A stretch of DNA of 51,810 nt, taken from Octopus bimaculoides (Eukaryota). The notes below the pieces were generated by a model. It saw only the letters and a program-made list of their open reading frames with translations, ran no database searches and was not told where the DNA came from. Of the stretch, positions 1 through 12,344 are shown one piece after another. Location of the stretch: assembly GCF_001194135.2 (NCBI RefSeq), contig NC_068985.1, positions 102,344,836 to 102,396,645 on the forward strand. Reading direction: 5' to 3'. Both the position numbers and the translations under genes were made by a program. Position 1 is the stretch's first letter. Every line of letters begins with the position of its first letter.

Positions 1-180
1 ACCACCACACCACACACCATCATCTGCACACCCACATACCATCATCCGCACACCCCCACACCATCATCCACACACCATCATCCACACACCCCCACACACA
101 CACGCACACATCCCCAGATCAAAATCACTACGCCCCCATTCCACACTCACACATTTACACACTCTCACATACACACACGT
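1..180. repeat. C/A-rich cryptic minisatellite (CACCATCATCC-ACAC motif) grading into (CA)n
   Basis: caccatcatc(c/t) recurs 4 times in 15-85, separated by CA/CCC-rich spacers. Confidence 0.75.
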
Positions 181-329
181 ACGTGCTCCTACATTTTGGG
201 AACACCAGTACTTTATTATCTCCCCTTCTTCGTAACTCTCCTGTCCAACTAACTTTTTGGAACCAGTCACCATGATTGATCGCTAAATCCTCAAGTTCTT
301 TTTTTATTACTTAAACTCACTCTGTTTAT

Positions 330-975
330 TTCATCGTGTTCCTTTCTGTTGAAGAGCTTTCAATATTGTAAAACAGCGTTCGAGACTTCCTGGTCTCAGG
401 TATATTTCCAAGAAAATACCTCTGGGGCAAGTTGTCATCAAGTGGCTGTTAACAAGCAAACACCCAACTTTCTAGTTGCATGTCAGAATGTAGAAACCTG
501 GATTGCTGAGTCATCTGCGCAAACTAAAACTATGAATATTCTAAGAATCTACTAGTTCAGATCGGTAGCTATGGACTTGTAAGAGAACTAGTGTCACTGA
601 AGTTATACTGAAATATGTGTTTGCTATCTTATAGCTGAGAGTGATTGGACTGGGTTTTACAGATCAATTTTAGCTCGATATTAACAGAACTACCCTCTGA
701 GTTTAAACGGAATCTCTGTTATGTGGTCCATCAGTGATATATGCCAAGGACAATACACAACGATTTATGGCCGCGACGTATTCAAACGTCTATATTAATG
801 AGCAACGAAAAGTCAGTATTCAAAGAATTCTGGTTAGAGATTCTGATTATAATTGTATGAATCAATACGCGAGTTAATAGAAATACTGGAATGTGAGAAA
901 CAATGTTTGGAGCATCATGGGATGAAGCAATCAGATTCCGATAATTGTTTTTGCTTCGACTAGAATTGAATCTCA
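330..975 (-). mobile_element. Degraded 3' ORF region of a non-LTR retrotransposon, probably RTE clade
   Basis: Minus-strand pieces occur in the expected order: LLTRVLIHTIIIRISNQNSLNTDFSLLINIDV, then VLGIYH*..DHITE, then LDDNLPQRYFLGNIPETRKSR. They resemble the post-RT motifs (K.L.RALV.SILLYGSE.WTL, ILGISW.DHITNEEV, MDD.RLPK.I.YG.L.G.R.RGRP) of RTE-type LINEs. Frameshifts and stops are present. Confidence 0.5.
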
Positions 976-991
976 GTTTTATTAACACACT

Positions 992-1244
992 AAAGGCAGC
1001 GAGCTGTCAGAAACGAAAGCACGCTGGGCGAAATGCTTAGCGGTATTACGTCTGCCGTTACGTTCTGAGTTCAAATTCCACCGAGGTCGACTTTGCCTTT
1101 CATCCTTTCGGGGTCGATAAATTAAGTACCAGTTACGCACTGGGATCGATGTAATCAACTTAATCCATTTGTCTCTCCTTGTTTGCCCCCTCTATGTTTA
1201 GCCCCTTGTGGGCAATGAAGAAATAAGAAACGTTAGCACACCGG
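992..1244 (+). mobile_element. tRNA-derived SINE family A (Meta-like domain), full length
   Basis: Head gagctgtcagaaacg (A-box-like), B box gagttcaaattcc, central ttcatcctttcgggggtcgataaattaagtaccagt (MetaSINE-like). Many homologous copies occur in this window. Confidence 0.9.
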
Positions 1245-1789
1245 TTGATGTTTTGTGATTGACGAGGAACGTAAGACATGTTATTTTCTCTCGTCAACTG
1301 CAAAACAAATACGTTTAGCTGCTTATCACTACTACATTGTTCCTAGAGAATCAACTGTATGTGGACACATCTCAAGAAATTTAAGGTCCCAATACATTCA
1401 CAATTTCTATCAGGTGCTTTCGCGTTGGTACGAGAATAATTATTTTAATTTGTAGAGGGTGAAAGCGTGAGGCTCCTAGCTTATTTGTCCGTACACCATG
1501 TCAAATCTTGTGTCTTACACTACTTTTAAACGCGCGGATATAATTATGCGATGGTTGTTTCAAAATATGCAAATTATCATCTGTTTTTGAAGTCGTTTTT
1601 GTTATGGAGTTAAGTAAAAAGAAGTTGTCATATCGAACAAACTTCCAATGTCAAGCATGTATATGCTGGTGTATGTATAGATGTATATATGTATATGTGT
1701 TTATGCATATATACTTACACATATACATATATAGATAGATAGATGTACATATATACATACATTTACAAATACATATAGACACATGTATA

Positions 1790-1804
1790 GATATACATAC
1801 ACAC

Positions 1805-1881
<77 letters not shown>

Positions 1882-2010
1882 CAGAGACAGACACAGAGAG
1901 AGACATAGATACATAGATAGATAAATTGATAGATAGATAGATAAATTGATAGATAGATAAATAGATAGATAGATATACACACATACATACGTACATAGAC
2001 ACAAACATGC

Positions 2011-2054
<44 letters not shown>

Positions 2055-2110
2055 GTGTGTGTGTGTGTGTGTGTGTGTTTGTTTGTATGTGTGTGTGTGT
2101 GTGTGTGTGC
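1790..2110. repeat. Compound microsatellite (TA)n-(GA)n-(GATA)n-(TA)n-(TG)n
   Basis: Seen directly. It explains ORFs 1651-2112, 1701-2012 and 1763-2020. Confidence 0.97.
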
Positions 2111-3306
2111 ATGCATGTATATATGTATGTTTGTGATCATACGGATATAAAATCGGGGAATGATTTGCATTGATGAAATTATGTGTAAATACTGAAAGAA
2201 ATAGAACAATTTAGATGAATTTACGTTTGTAAGATTATTATGTCTTGCTGTATATTTGAATATGAAAGAACGCTAGCATGCGAATTTGAAAGGCAAAATA
2301 GATTATGAATCTCTATCTTTACAACACATACAGTGCTACGGAGGTTGTGTATTTGATTGGATAAAATGTGATAAGCAAATATAATTGGATAGCGCTGTCA
2401 AGAAAATTCATTTGAAGTATCTTGTCTGTTTAGAATTCCAATCTGGGTAAATATCTAATGAAACAATTTGATCTTTGGTCTGGTTTGTAGATATATTTCA
2501 AAAATACCATATACAGTTATATAAATTTTGAACTAGAAGTTGAGAAAGGAATGAAGAAAAATGACAGATAGAATACGATATTAATATTAAAATCTTGTTA
2601 AAATCTTAACCGTTAATTTATAATAATTCATATACTGGAGGTTAATTGCCGTCATAAATAAAGATATGATATATAAAAATTTGCTAACTTCTGAAGGGCA
2701 AAGTGACTGACGATTATTTCAGATATAGTTGAAATATTTATGGAGGTAAAAATATTAGGTTATGCTAGAAAACGTTTATCGTGTAGTTTTACTAAATAAC
2801 TGTTATCGTCTTTTTGCTATGTGATTGTAATATGTTTCCCAGCAAGGAGCCGTTACCAACGAGATTTTAGCCTGCCACACGTAGACTTTCTTGTACAATG
2901 TTATTGAATATTCACACACAAACACACAAAGAGGGTTCTTCATAACGACAAAAATGAACTTACCCACTATATTAATTGATGAAGAACTTGGATTTTCGCG
3001 AAAAATACATTCGTTGTTGCTCTCTATGTTACAGCAGATTTGATGGCGCATTACTCCGATAGTGTTCACTAGAACAGTACCGGTTTGAAGTATCTAGTAG
3101 AAAATTTGTTGAAAATATTTTACATAAATCATAAGAAATATATAATAAAAATGGTTTTGTTGGGCAAAAAAAAATAGTACTTCTTAAAAAAACCCTTTGT
3201 TTCTAAAATAGATGAAATTTTCTATCAGAATCTATCTCGTTAGAAACATGAATCTTATAAAGTTACAAGGTTAGCCGTTGTGAATTTGATGTTACACTTT
3301 TGGCAG

Positions 3307-3402
3307 TTGAGTGGACTGGAGTACTGCGAGACAACGCGCTGCTGGTGTTTGTACTCACGATCGTGAGCAGAATACCCTACCCTCTAAGCCACGCACCGGC
3401 AG
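3307..3402 (+). other. Weak candidate symmetric (phase 1-1) 96-nt exon, GC/CpG-rich island
   Basis: acttttggcag|TTGAGTGG...CCGGCAG|gtatcc. One frame is open: xEWTGVLRDNALLVFVLTIVSRIPYPLSHAPA. I recognise no homology. Confidence 0.2.
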
Positions 3403-3479
3403 GTATCCAGCTGACAATTGCATAATCTCCTATTGTTATACAAACATACACAGATAACCACATATGCACATACACACTC

Positions 3480-3925
3480 AAGTCCAGTCACATATTGTTA
3501 CGTACACATACAAACAGTCTATTTGTTATATACATACACACATGCATACATATATAAACGCACACACATACGCACAGATATCAGCAGAGAATTATAGTCT
3601 TAGATTGTTACACAAATGCACACAGATAACAACTCACACACTCACAGATATCACCACACATTCCACACGCAGTTTGTATGTTAAACAGAAAGATACCATC
3701 GTACACATTCAGCTATTGTTTCACACACACAGAGTCTTACACAGTTACGTGTACACACATATACAGTCTCATAAAGTTATGCGCACACACACAAAGACAC
3801 ACGCAAACACACAGTGTCTCATACAGGTACACACGAGCACACACACACATACACACACACACCGTCTCATACACGTACGCACGCGAGCACACATACACAC
3901 ACCGTCTCATACACGTACGCACGCG

Positions 3926-3961
<36 letters not shown>

Positions 3962-4070
3962 CTCATTCAGTTATGCGCACAAACACATTCTCATACAGTT
4001 ATGCTGACACACACAAACACACTCAAACATACAATGTCATATAGTTACAAGCAAACACACACGCACACAC
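3480..4070. repeat. Minisatellite with a conserved ~16-bp core (CAGTCTCATACAGTTA-like) and variable (CA)n spacers
   Basis: About 10 degenerate cores, plus an exact duplicate of acacacaccgtctcatacacgtacgcacgcgagcac near 3854-3930. Confidence 0.85.
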
Positions 4071-6140
4071 ACATACCAGCAGACGATCAATTTATTTATT
4101 ATTTATTGGAACGCTAAAACTTTTGTAGGGCTCGTTGAGGGTGGAGGAGGGTGTAGTGACTATAGCGGACTGACACGTCAGTCTTACCAAGCCAATTGTA
4201 TTAATACAGACAAATTCCTTTTTCCATTGATGTCATACTTTGCTGTTTATGTCCAGAAAGGAAACAATTGTCGAAACAAAATATCTGAACTTCTTTAGAT
4301 AGATGTAAATATATCGTGAGATTACTTAAGTTTTACAATCTGCAACGTAAAATGACATTCATTATCGTATTACACAGATACATTTTATCGTTACCCACCA
4401 GTTAATGCTTGGCATTTCTAAATGAATACTCCTATGACATAATAAGCAAAGATATCTGTGCTCCGTATTACATATTGCTTCTCACTATATAAAACACCTG
4501 AATATATTATAATTGACTTTTGGTTTTATTTCCATATAAAAATGAATAAATGCTGAATGAAGTTATGTATTTCTGTATTTTTATATTACATTTCAGTAAT
4601 TGCATACAGTATCCAAAAGCCATTTAAAAGCAAATGAGCAGAATTTTGAAATAACTAAATCTAGCCTATTGTTTCCATTTATCTTAGTAAAAAATCAGAT
4701 GATTACCGTTACTCATGTAGTTTTCTGACTCAAAAAAATTTGAATGCGTTACTAAATTTGATGAACACCTCTCTTGAGATTATAGGCATTTCTCAGTTGC
4801 AGCAAGTAGTAATTATTTGTATTTGTTAATATATCGCCATCTTTATTTATCTAACATTTCTGAAAACTCGAGCATCTGGTTTAAGCGCATTTCTAAACTA
4901 ATATCTCGTTTGAAAACAATACTTATGGAGTCATATAATTGATTTAAAGGCAATTGAAAAATACATGGTGCATTGTTACACAATTTTCTATACAATTACA
5001 TGCTGAGAGAATTTCTATATTATTATTTCTTTCGAAAGTATTTTCAATTTTCCATTTGAAATAAAACTTCGTCTCGTGATGTGAAGGAAACGAAGAAATG
5101 AGATTACATCAGTGAATTGCCTCAAACACACAGACTATATAACATGTTTCAGCCTCAAAATTTACTTTACTTCTTTTAAATATGTGAACAATCTTTTAAA
5201 TATATGAAAAATCTTTGAAGAAATGGGGAAGGAAATGATTTTGAATGCAAACACCATTTGTAATTCTTAGAATTACTCAAAAAAAAAAATGGAAGTACAG
5301 TTCGAATAACACATTCAGAATTTACGGTGTATTTCTGATATTTCGATAATCTGTGTTGATATGTAGCACCCTGCTCTCTAATGTGTCACCTGATGGAAAG
5401 CTTGAAATTATGAGAGCTGTAGAGGTTGTTGCTGGTTGTGATGTAATTCTTGACTTTGAAAGCATCATTAACACTTATTTATAACACCCTTTTTTTCTAA
5501 TTTATCATTATTGCTTTCACAAGCAAATTACTATTTCTAATCTTTGACGTCATTCAATATCATATTAAATTCAATATTAAATGCAAAGTTCAAATATATT
5601 TCTCCTATATAACAAGTACTTTCTAGCAAATGTGAATCTCGATAATAACTTGATGGAATTGCCATTCTAGTATTCAAAAGATCTTAACAAATCTATTGAC
5701 ATATTGGAACCTCTCACCGGAGAGTAATATTGGTAGATTCACACTAGGAATAATGTTTCTCTTAACAGAAAATTTAAGTATATCCAGGAAGTTCATTAAT
5801 TAGCATTTTTCATAATCCTACTACCTTGCAGTGTACATCAATATCGAAAATCATATACTCGTATGGCTGTGGTTAAAATCCGAATAATTTTGATAACTTT
5901 CGATTAGCAGAAGTCAAATGTTCGCAATACTCCATTTCGGGTTGATAATCTCCCGCTTCTGCAATATACGTTTGAAGTTGAGAATCGTTATGATGTAGGA
6001 TACAGTGTTTTGTTATATTTGTAACAGCGATATATGACCCGCGTTCTAATCCCACATTGGCCCAATTTCCATTCTATGATCAATAAAATTAAAATCCAAT
6101 CAAGTTCTAAATTCATCAATACGGTAAGAGGCCATGCCTC

Positions 6141-6350
6141 AGCGAGCTGGCAGAATCGTTAGAACGCCGGGTGAAATGCTTAGCGGTATTTCGTCCGTCG
6201 CTACATACATTCAAATTCCGACGTTGTTGACTTTGCCGTTCATCCTTTCGGGAGCGATTAAATAAGTACCAGTGAAACACTGAGATCGATAACGCAGGCT
6301 ATTCGCCTCCCGCCAAAATTTCAGGCCTTTTGCCTTTAGTAGAAACGACT
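6141..6350 (+). mobile_element. SINE family A copy
   Basis: gagctggcagaatcgttag ... ttcaaattcc ... catcctttcgggagcgattaaataagtaccagt. Confidence 0.9.
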
Positions 6351-6383
6351 ATTATAATTATTATTGTTGTTGTTGTTGTTGTT

Positions 6384-6600
6384 AAGGCGACGAGCTGGCA
6401 GGAACTTTAGCAAGCCGGGCGAAATGCTTAATGGTATTTCGTCCGCCGTTACGTTCTGAGTTCAAATTTCGCCGTTCACTTTGCCGTTCATCAGTTCGGT
6501 GTCGATAAATTAAGTATCAGTGAAACACTGGGGTCGATTTAATCGATTACTCCATTCCTTGCAAAATATCAGGTTCTGTGCCTATAGTAGAAAAGATTAT
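6384..6600 (+). mobile_element. SINE family A copy
   Basis: aaggcgacgagctggcagga ... gagttcaaatttc ... gtcgataaattaagtatcagt, with an (ATT)n tail. Confidence 0.9.
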
Positions 6601-6624
6601 TATTATTACTAACACGATCAACTG

Positions 6625-6912
6625 ACTCAATCATTAGCACATCACAGAAAATGTTTGCAGCATTTCTGTTCGCTCTTTACGTCTGAGTTCAAATCACGTT
6701 GAAGTTCACTTTGCTTTCCATTCTTTCGGGGAATAAGTAACACATTAGACACGTTGTAATCAGCTAGCATCCTCCAAATTATTTCTAGAAAGTGAGGTGG
6801 TAGATTCATTAGTAATTCGAACAAAATGCTTACTGGTAGTTCTTCCGTCTCTACAAAATATTCCAATGTCAACTCTGCCTTCCATCATTTCGGGGTTGAT
6901 ACAGCAAATACC
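6625..6912 (+). mobile_element. Two older, degenerate SINE family A copies (about 6625-6740 and 6791-6912)
   Basis: tctgagttcaaatc...ctttgctttccattctttcgggg, and gtgaggtggtagattcattag...ctgccttccatcatttcggggttgata. Confidence 0.7.
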
Positions 6913-7009
6913 CTATGAGCGCTTGGGTGGCTGTAATATTTTTATAAAACCGCTAACAATGGTGCATTGTTGGCGTTTTGCCAAAATTTTAAGAAACTAT
7001 ATTTGTTTT

Positions 7010-7132
7010 ATAAGGAGGAAGAGGAGGAGGAAGGAAAGGGGGACGAGGAAGAAGGTAGATGAGGAAGAAGAAGGAGAAGATGAAGTGTAGGAGGAGGAGG
7101 ATGACGACAAAGACGACTACGATGATGACGAG
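7010..7132. repeat. Purine-rich triplet mosaic (GAG/GAA/GAT/GAC)
   Basis: Seen directly. Confidence 0.9.
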
Positions 7133-8596
7133 CAAAATAGCTTTTAGTGTGTAGTAAAAAGCGTAAATCATCCTGCCTCTGCATAGTGTATTGGAAGCAA
7201 GCTTTTAATGTGCATCCTAAAAACAATTTTGCTATATTTCTACACCTCTCACACGGTCACGGAAGTTGATGTCTTACTTATTTTTATATAATTATTAATA
7301 AATAAATAATTACATTTTCGTATAACTGGAAACCAATATGTTAATACTTTAATATCTTAATTTTCTGTTCTTTGAAATATAAATTGTTAGACATATATAA
7401 ACGTAACCACACATTAGCATACACAAAAACATATACATGTACATATAATAAATACATATATGTGATCATATGTACATACGCCTATATCTGTATATATATA
7501 TATATATATNNNNNNNNNNNNNNNNNNNNNNNNNNNNNNNNNNNNNNNNNNNNNNNNNNNNNNNNNNNNNNNNNNNNNNNNNNNNNNNNNNNNNNNNNNN
7601 NNNNNNNNNNNNNNNNNNNNNNNNNNNNNNNNNNNNNNNNNNNNNNNNNNNNNNNNNNNNNNNNNNNNNNNNNNNNNNNNNNNNNNNNNNNNNNNNNNNN
7701 NNNNNNNNNNNNNNNNNNNNNNNNNNNNNNNNNNNNNNNNNNNNNNNNNNNNNNNNNNNNNNNNNNNNNNNNNNNNNNNNNNNNNNNNNNNNNNNNNNNN
7801 NNNNNNNNNNNNNNNNNNNNNNNNNNNNNNNNNNNNNNNNNNNNNNNNNNNNNNNNNNNNNNNNNNNNNNNNNNNNNNNNNNNNNNNNNNNNNNNNNNNN
7901 NNNNNNNNNNNNNNNNNNNNNNNNNNNNNNNNNNNNNNNNNNNNNNNNNNNNNNNNNNNNNNNNNNNNNNNNNNNNNNNNNNNNNNNNNNNNNNNNNNNN
8001 NNNNNNNNNNNNNNNNNNNNNNNNNNNNNNNNNNNNNNNNNNNNNNNNNNNNNNNNNNNNNNNNNNNNNNNNNNNNNNNNNNNNNNNNNNNNNNNNNNNN
8101 NNNNNNNNNNNNNNNNNNNNNNNNNNNTATATATATATATATATGCATGTATGTATGTATGTATGTATAGGTAGCTGGATGGATAAATCTGCAAACGTGC
8201 ATCTTGAAAGTGTGTGTATGTATTCCCCTCTATACAATGTTCAGGTACAAAGAGTAATACAAAACAGTTTTAATGTATATAACAGTACTATTCGTGTTCA
8301 ATTAGGCAATAAATAAGGCATGTAGCAGATAATTCACTTTGCCGAGCAAGCATAAAAAATTCTGAAAAAAAATATGAACACTTCCTCTTATTTGCATGAA
8401 GTAATATCAATGTTTGTAAGGAGCGCAATGCAAAATAAGTTGTAATTCATTGTTAGTAAATAAATTGAAGAAATCGTATTAAAAATTGCGTTCAAAAAAA
8501 TAAACAGACAAAATATAAAACAAATAGGAATATAGAAATTAAAGTAGGAAAAATAATAATTGAGGATATAATCACAATAGTACCACGGAAAATCAG

Positions 8597-8634
<38 letters not shown>

Positions 8635-9460
8635 NNNNNNNNNNNNNNNNNNNNNNNNNNNNNNNNNNNNNNNNNNNNNNNNNNNNNNNNNNNNNNNNNN
8701 NNNNNNNNNNNNNNNNNNNNNNNNNNNNNNNNNNNNNNNNNNNNNNNNNNNNNNNNNNNNNNNNNNNNNNNNNNNNNNNNNNNNNNNNNNNNNNNNNNNN
8801 NNNNNNNNNNNNNNNNNNNNNNNNNNNNNNNNNNNNNNNNNNNNNNNNNNNNNNNNNNNNNNNNNNNNNNNNNNNNNNNNNNNNNNNNNNNNNNNNNNNN
8901 NNNNNNNNNNNNNNNNNNNNNNNNNNNNNNNNNNNNNNNNNNNNNNNNNNNNNNNNNNNNNNNNNNNNNNNNNNNNNNNNNNNNNNNNNNNNNNNNNNNN
9001 NNNNNNNNNNNNNNNNNNNNNNNNNNNNNNNNNNNNNNNNNNNNNNNNNNNNNNNNNNNNNNNNNNNNNNNNNNNNNNNNNNNNNNNNNNNNNNNNNNNN
9101 NNNNNNNNNNNNNNNNNNNNNNNNNNNNNNNNNNNNNNNNNNNNNNNNNNNNNNNNNNNNNNNNNNNNNNNNNNNNNNNNNNNNNNNNNNNNNNNNNNNN
9201 NNNNNNNNNNNNNNNNNNNNNNNNNNNNNNNNNNNNNNNNNNNNNNNNNNNNNNNNNNNNNNNNNNNNNNNNNNNNNNNNNNNNNNNNNNNNNNNNNNNN
9301 NNNNNNNNNNNNNNNNNNNNNNNNNNNNNNNNNNNNNNNNNNNNNNNNNNNNNNNNNNNNNNNNNNNNNNNNNNNNNNNNNNNNNNNNNNNNNNNNNNNN
9401 NNNNNNNNNNNNNNNNNNNNNNNNNNNNNNNNNNNNNNNNNNNNNNNNNNNNNNNNNNNN

Positions 9461-9519
<59 letters not shown>

Positions 9520-9769
9520 ACATATATATATATGTATATCTATGTATAATTACATATGTATATGTGTGTGTTTTGTGTGTGGTCACAGTTGGTGTTAGTG
9601 TGTCAGTATACAAAACGTAATACGTCTAAAGGAAGTAATATTAAAAATAATGAAATTTTATATTTTTATTCTTTTGCCTTTAATAAAATTTATATATACC
9701 AACACGGAATAACAATGCATTTGCAGATTTTTACTCATGTAATAATTTTAAAGGGCTATTTTAAGCGCT

Positions 9770-9924
9770 GTCGTGATGGTTCTAACGGTGGTGGTAGTGG
9801 TGCTGGTGGCGGTTGTAGTGGTGGTTTTGTTGTTAGTAGTACTGGTGGTGCTGGTGGTTGTGGTAGTATTCATTATTATTATTAGTAGTATTATCAGTAG
9901 TAGTAGTAGTAGTAGTAGTAGTAA

Positions 9925-9958
<34 letters not shown>

Positions 9959-9980
9959 GGTTATGTTGGTGGTGATAGTA
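9770..9980. repeat. (GGT/AGT)n triplet mosaic
   Basis: Seen directly. Confidence 0.9.
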
Positions 9981-10589
9981 GTCGTTGTTTAGCTCTCTAA
10001 TGGATTCCTGATCGGGATGAACTATGGACAATATCACTCCATCCATAAACCATCCTATTTTATTTTCATAAATAGTCAAGTCACAGCTAATGTTATCTAG
10101 TCTGTCTTTCTGTCTGATTGCTTGAGAGAGCATTAGTCATTATTTCTAGTAAATCCCTTAGTTACTAGCGGCGGACAACTTGTGTCTTTCCCTCTTGATT
10201 TGGGCTATTTTTCAGGATGTCAACGAAGAATCTGTATCTCTTATTATTAATTCCACTGCTTATTTCAAAGCATACATCACTTGTTGAATTCTAGTATTAG
10301 TCATCCGGAAGAGAAATAAAAGCAAAAAGCAACACGAGAGAAGCGCTTACATACGTGTGTGCGTGTGAATGTGTATGTGTGTGTTTTGTGATTGTCTCTA
10401 TATCCTAAGTATTGTAATACCAAATTGTGTAGACAGGTCCTTGTTAATCATAATCAAATCAGTCAACAATCTAATGTCACATTCAAAAATGTATGATAAT
10501 ATTGACTAATGAATATAATGATAATATCAATAATAATAATGCGAAGAACACCAATAATGTTGATCATAATTCTATCTATTATATTCACA

Positions 10590-10964
10590 TGGCCTGAAAT
10601 TGAAGGAGAAGGATAAGTCAATTATATGGACACCAGTGCTCAATTGGTACTTAGTTTATCGTCCCTGTAAGGATGAAAGGCAATGGCGAACTCGGTGGAA
10701 TTTGAATTCAGTATGAACTCATTACTTAAGGAGGAAAGAAATGCCGTAAAGCATTTTCCCTGTCCTGCAAACAATTACGAAATTATTATTATTATTATTA
10801 TTTCTACTCTAGGCACAATGCTTTGAAGTTTTGGAGGAAGGGGACTAGTTGATTACATAAACCGGAGTCGACCTCAGTGGGATTTGAACTCAGAACGTAG
10901 CGACAGACGAAATATTAATAAGTATCTCGCCAGACGAGCTAACGGTTCTGCAAGCTCGCCGTCT
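10590..10964 (-). mobile_element. Two tandem SINE family A copies on the minus strand (about 10590-10775 and 10808-10964; the second lacks the Meta-like segment)
   Basis: Reverse complements of the head and B box (ggaatttgaattcag; gggatttgaactcagaacg ... gcaagctcgcc). Confidence 0.8.
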
Positions 10965-10965
10965 T

Positions 10966-11101
<136 letters not shown>

Positions 11102-12060
11102 TGGATAAGAATTGGTAAAGCTAGAATCTTAATATGTGCTATGAATATCTGATGATAAGATTAGTGGCATACATAATAATCTTAAAAATAATAATAATTC
11201 CATTACTTTATTGTCGTCTTTTGCTGATATTTTATTATTATAATCATAATAAATACAGAGATTTAGAAAAATATCTCTGTGAAACAATAAGAACCTCAAT
11301 CACTACGAAAATAGATATAAACAGAGAAAACAGCATCGGTTCAAGAACATATGAAAGAAACGCAACAAAAACATGTGGTACCTTATTATGATTTCATTAC
11401 CTATAAACGTCGTATAACTGACGATAAATCAATTCATATTTATGCCCAGTCAGTGGGATAATTCATTTCTTTTCTATCAGTCTTGTGCCGAGATGCAAAT
11501 GCCATTAAATATGCTACTATTAGAATACTCGTCACTGTAAATACAGAAGGGGAGGCAATTCTTATTTAATCAATGGGAACGGGAAAAACAAAGTATATAT
11601 ATATAAATATTCATTAATTATATATTTTGCAACATTGGAAAATTACTTGAGATTAATTGCTCAATACAAACCTAATACGAAGTTACTGATGCTCGGTTAT
11701 AATTCATATCAGCTTCATCCAATAAAATACGAGTATAATAAATCAAATAAATGATCCTCTAATTGCACAGCAATAGTACATCCACAAATAGGCATGATTG
11801 CATTAAATGTATTATCAAAAATCATGTATATTGAATCTTTCATTTGATATATGCATCAATGGCAATAGAAAAAACTATATCTTGTATCTTTTTCTTCTTC
11901 CAGTCACTGGTCTGTGGCCATACTGATACAAATTGTCTTTAGAAGCACGTGTCATTTGCAGATTTGCAGATCAGCATTGTTCTTAAAAAGTACATTTTTT
12001 TTTCTTACTGTGGCCTCAAAAATTGCGGTCGATCGACCAAGTTTCATCATTACTCTATTA

Positions 12061-12299
12061 TTCTTTTACTTGTTTCAGTCATTTGACTGTGGCCATCCTG
12101 GAGCACCACCTTTAGTCGAGCAAATCCACCCCAAGACTTATTCTTTGGAAGCCTAGTACTTATTTTACCGGTCTCTTTTGCCGAACCACTAGGTTACGGA
12201 GATGTAAATTCACCAGCATCGGTTGTCAAACGATGGTGGGGGATAATCACAGACACGCAAACATATACACACGTATACATATACAAATATATATATATG

Positions 12300-12344
<45 letters not shown>

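Noticed and set aside
3480-4070. CRISPR-like repeat/spacer look
   Set aside because: The spacers are (CA)n, the repeats are degenerate, there are no cas genes, and the context is eukaryotic.
5873-6055. ORF ending EAGDYQPEMEYCEHLTSANRKLSKLFGF after a possible tattgcag acceptor
   Set aside because: No recognisable homology and no partner exons.
11140-11195. CTGATGA followed by the hairpin TAAGATTA...TAATCTTA
   Set aside because: There is no GAAA core and no stem I or III, so this is likely chance AT-rich pairing.
11399-11534. Minus-strand segment with a strong acceptor (cttctgtatttacag) and a GTAATG donor
   Set aside because: All three frames hit stops before the donor, and there is no supporting homology.
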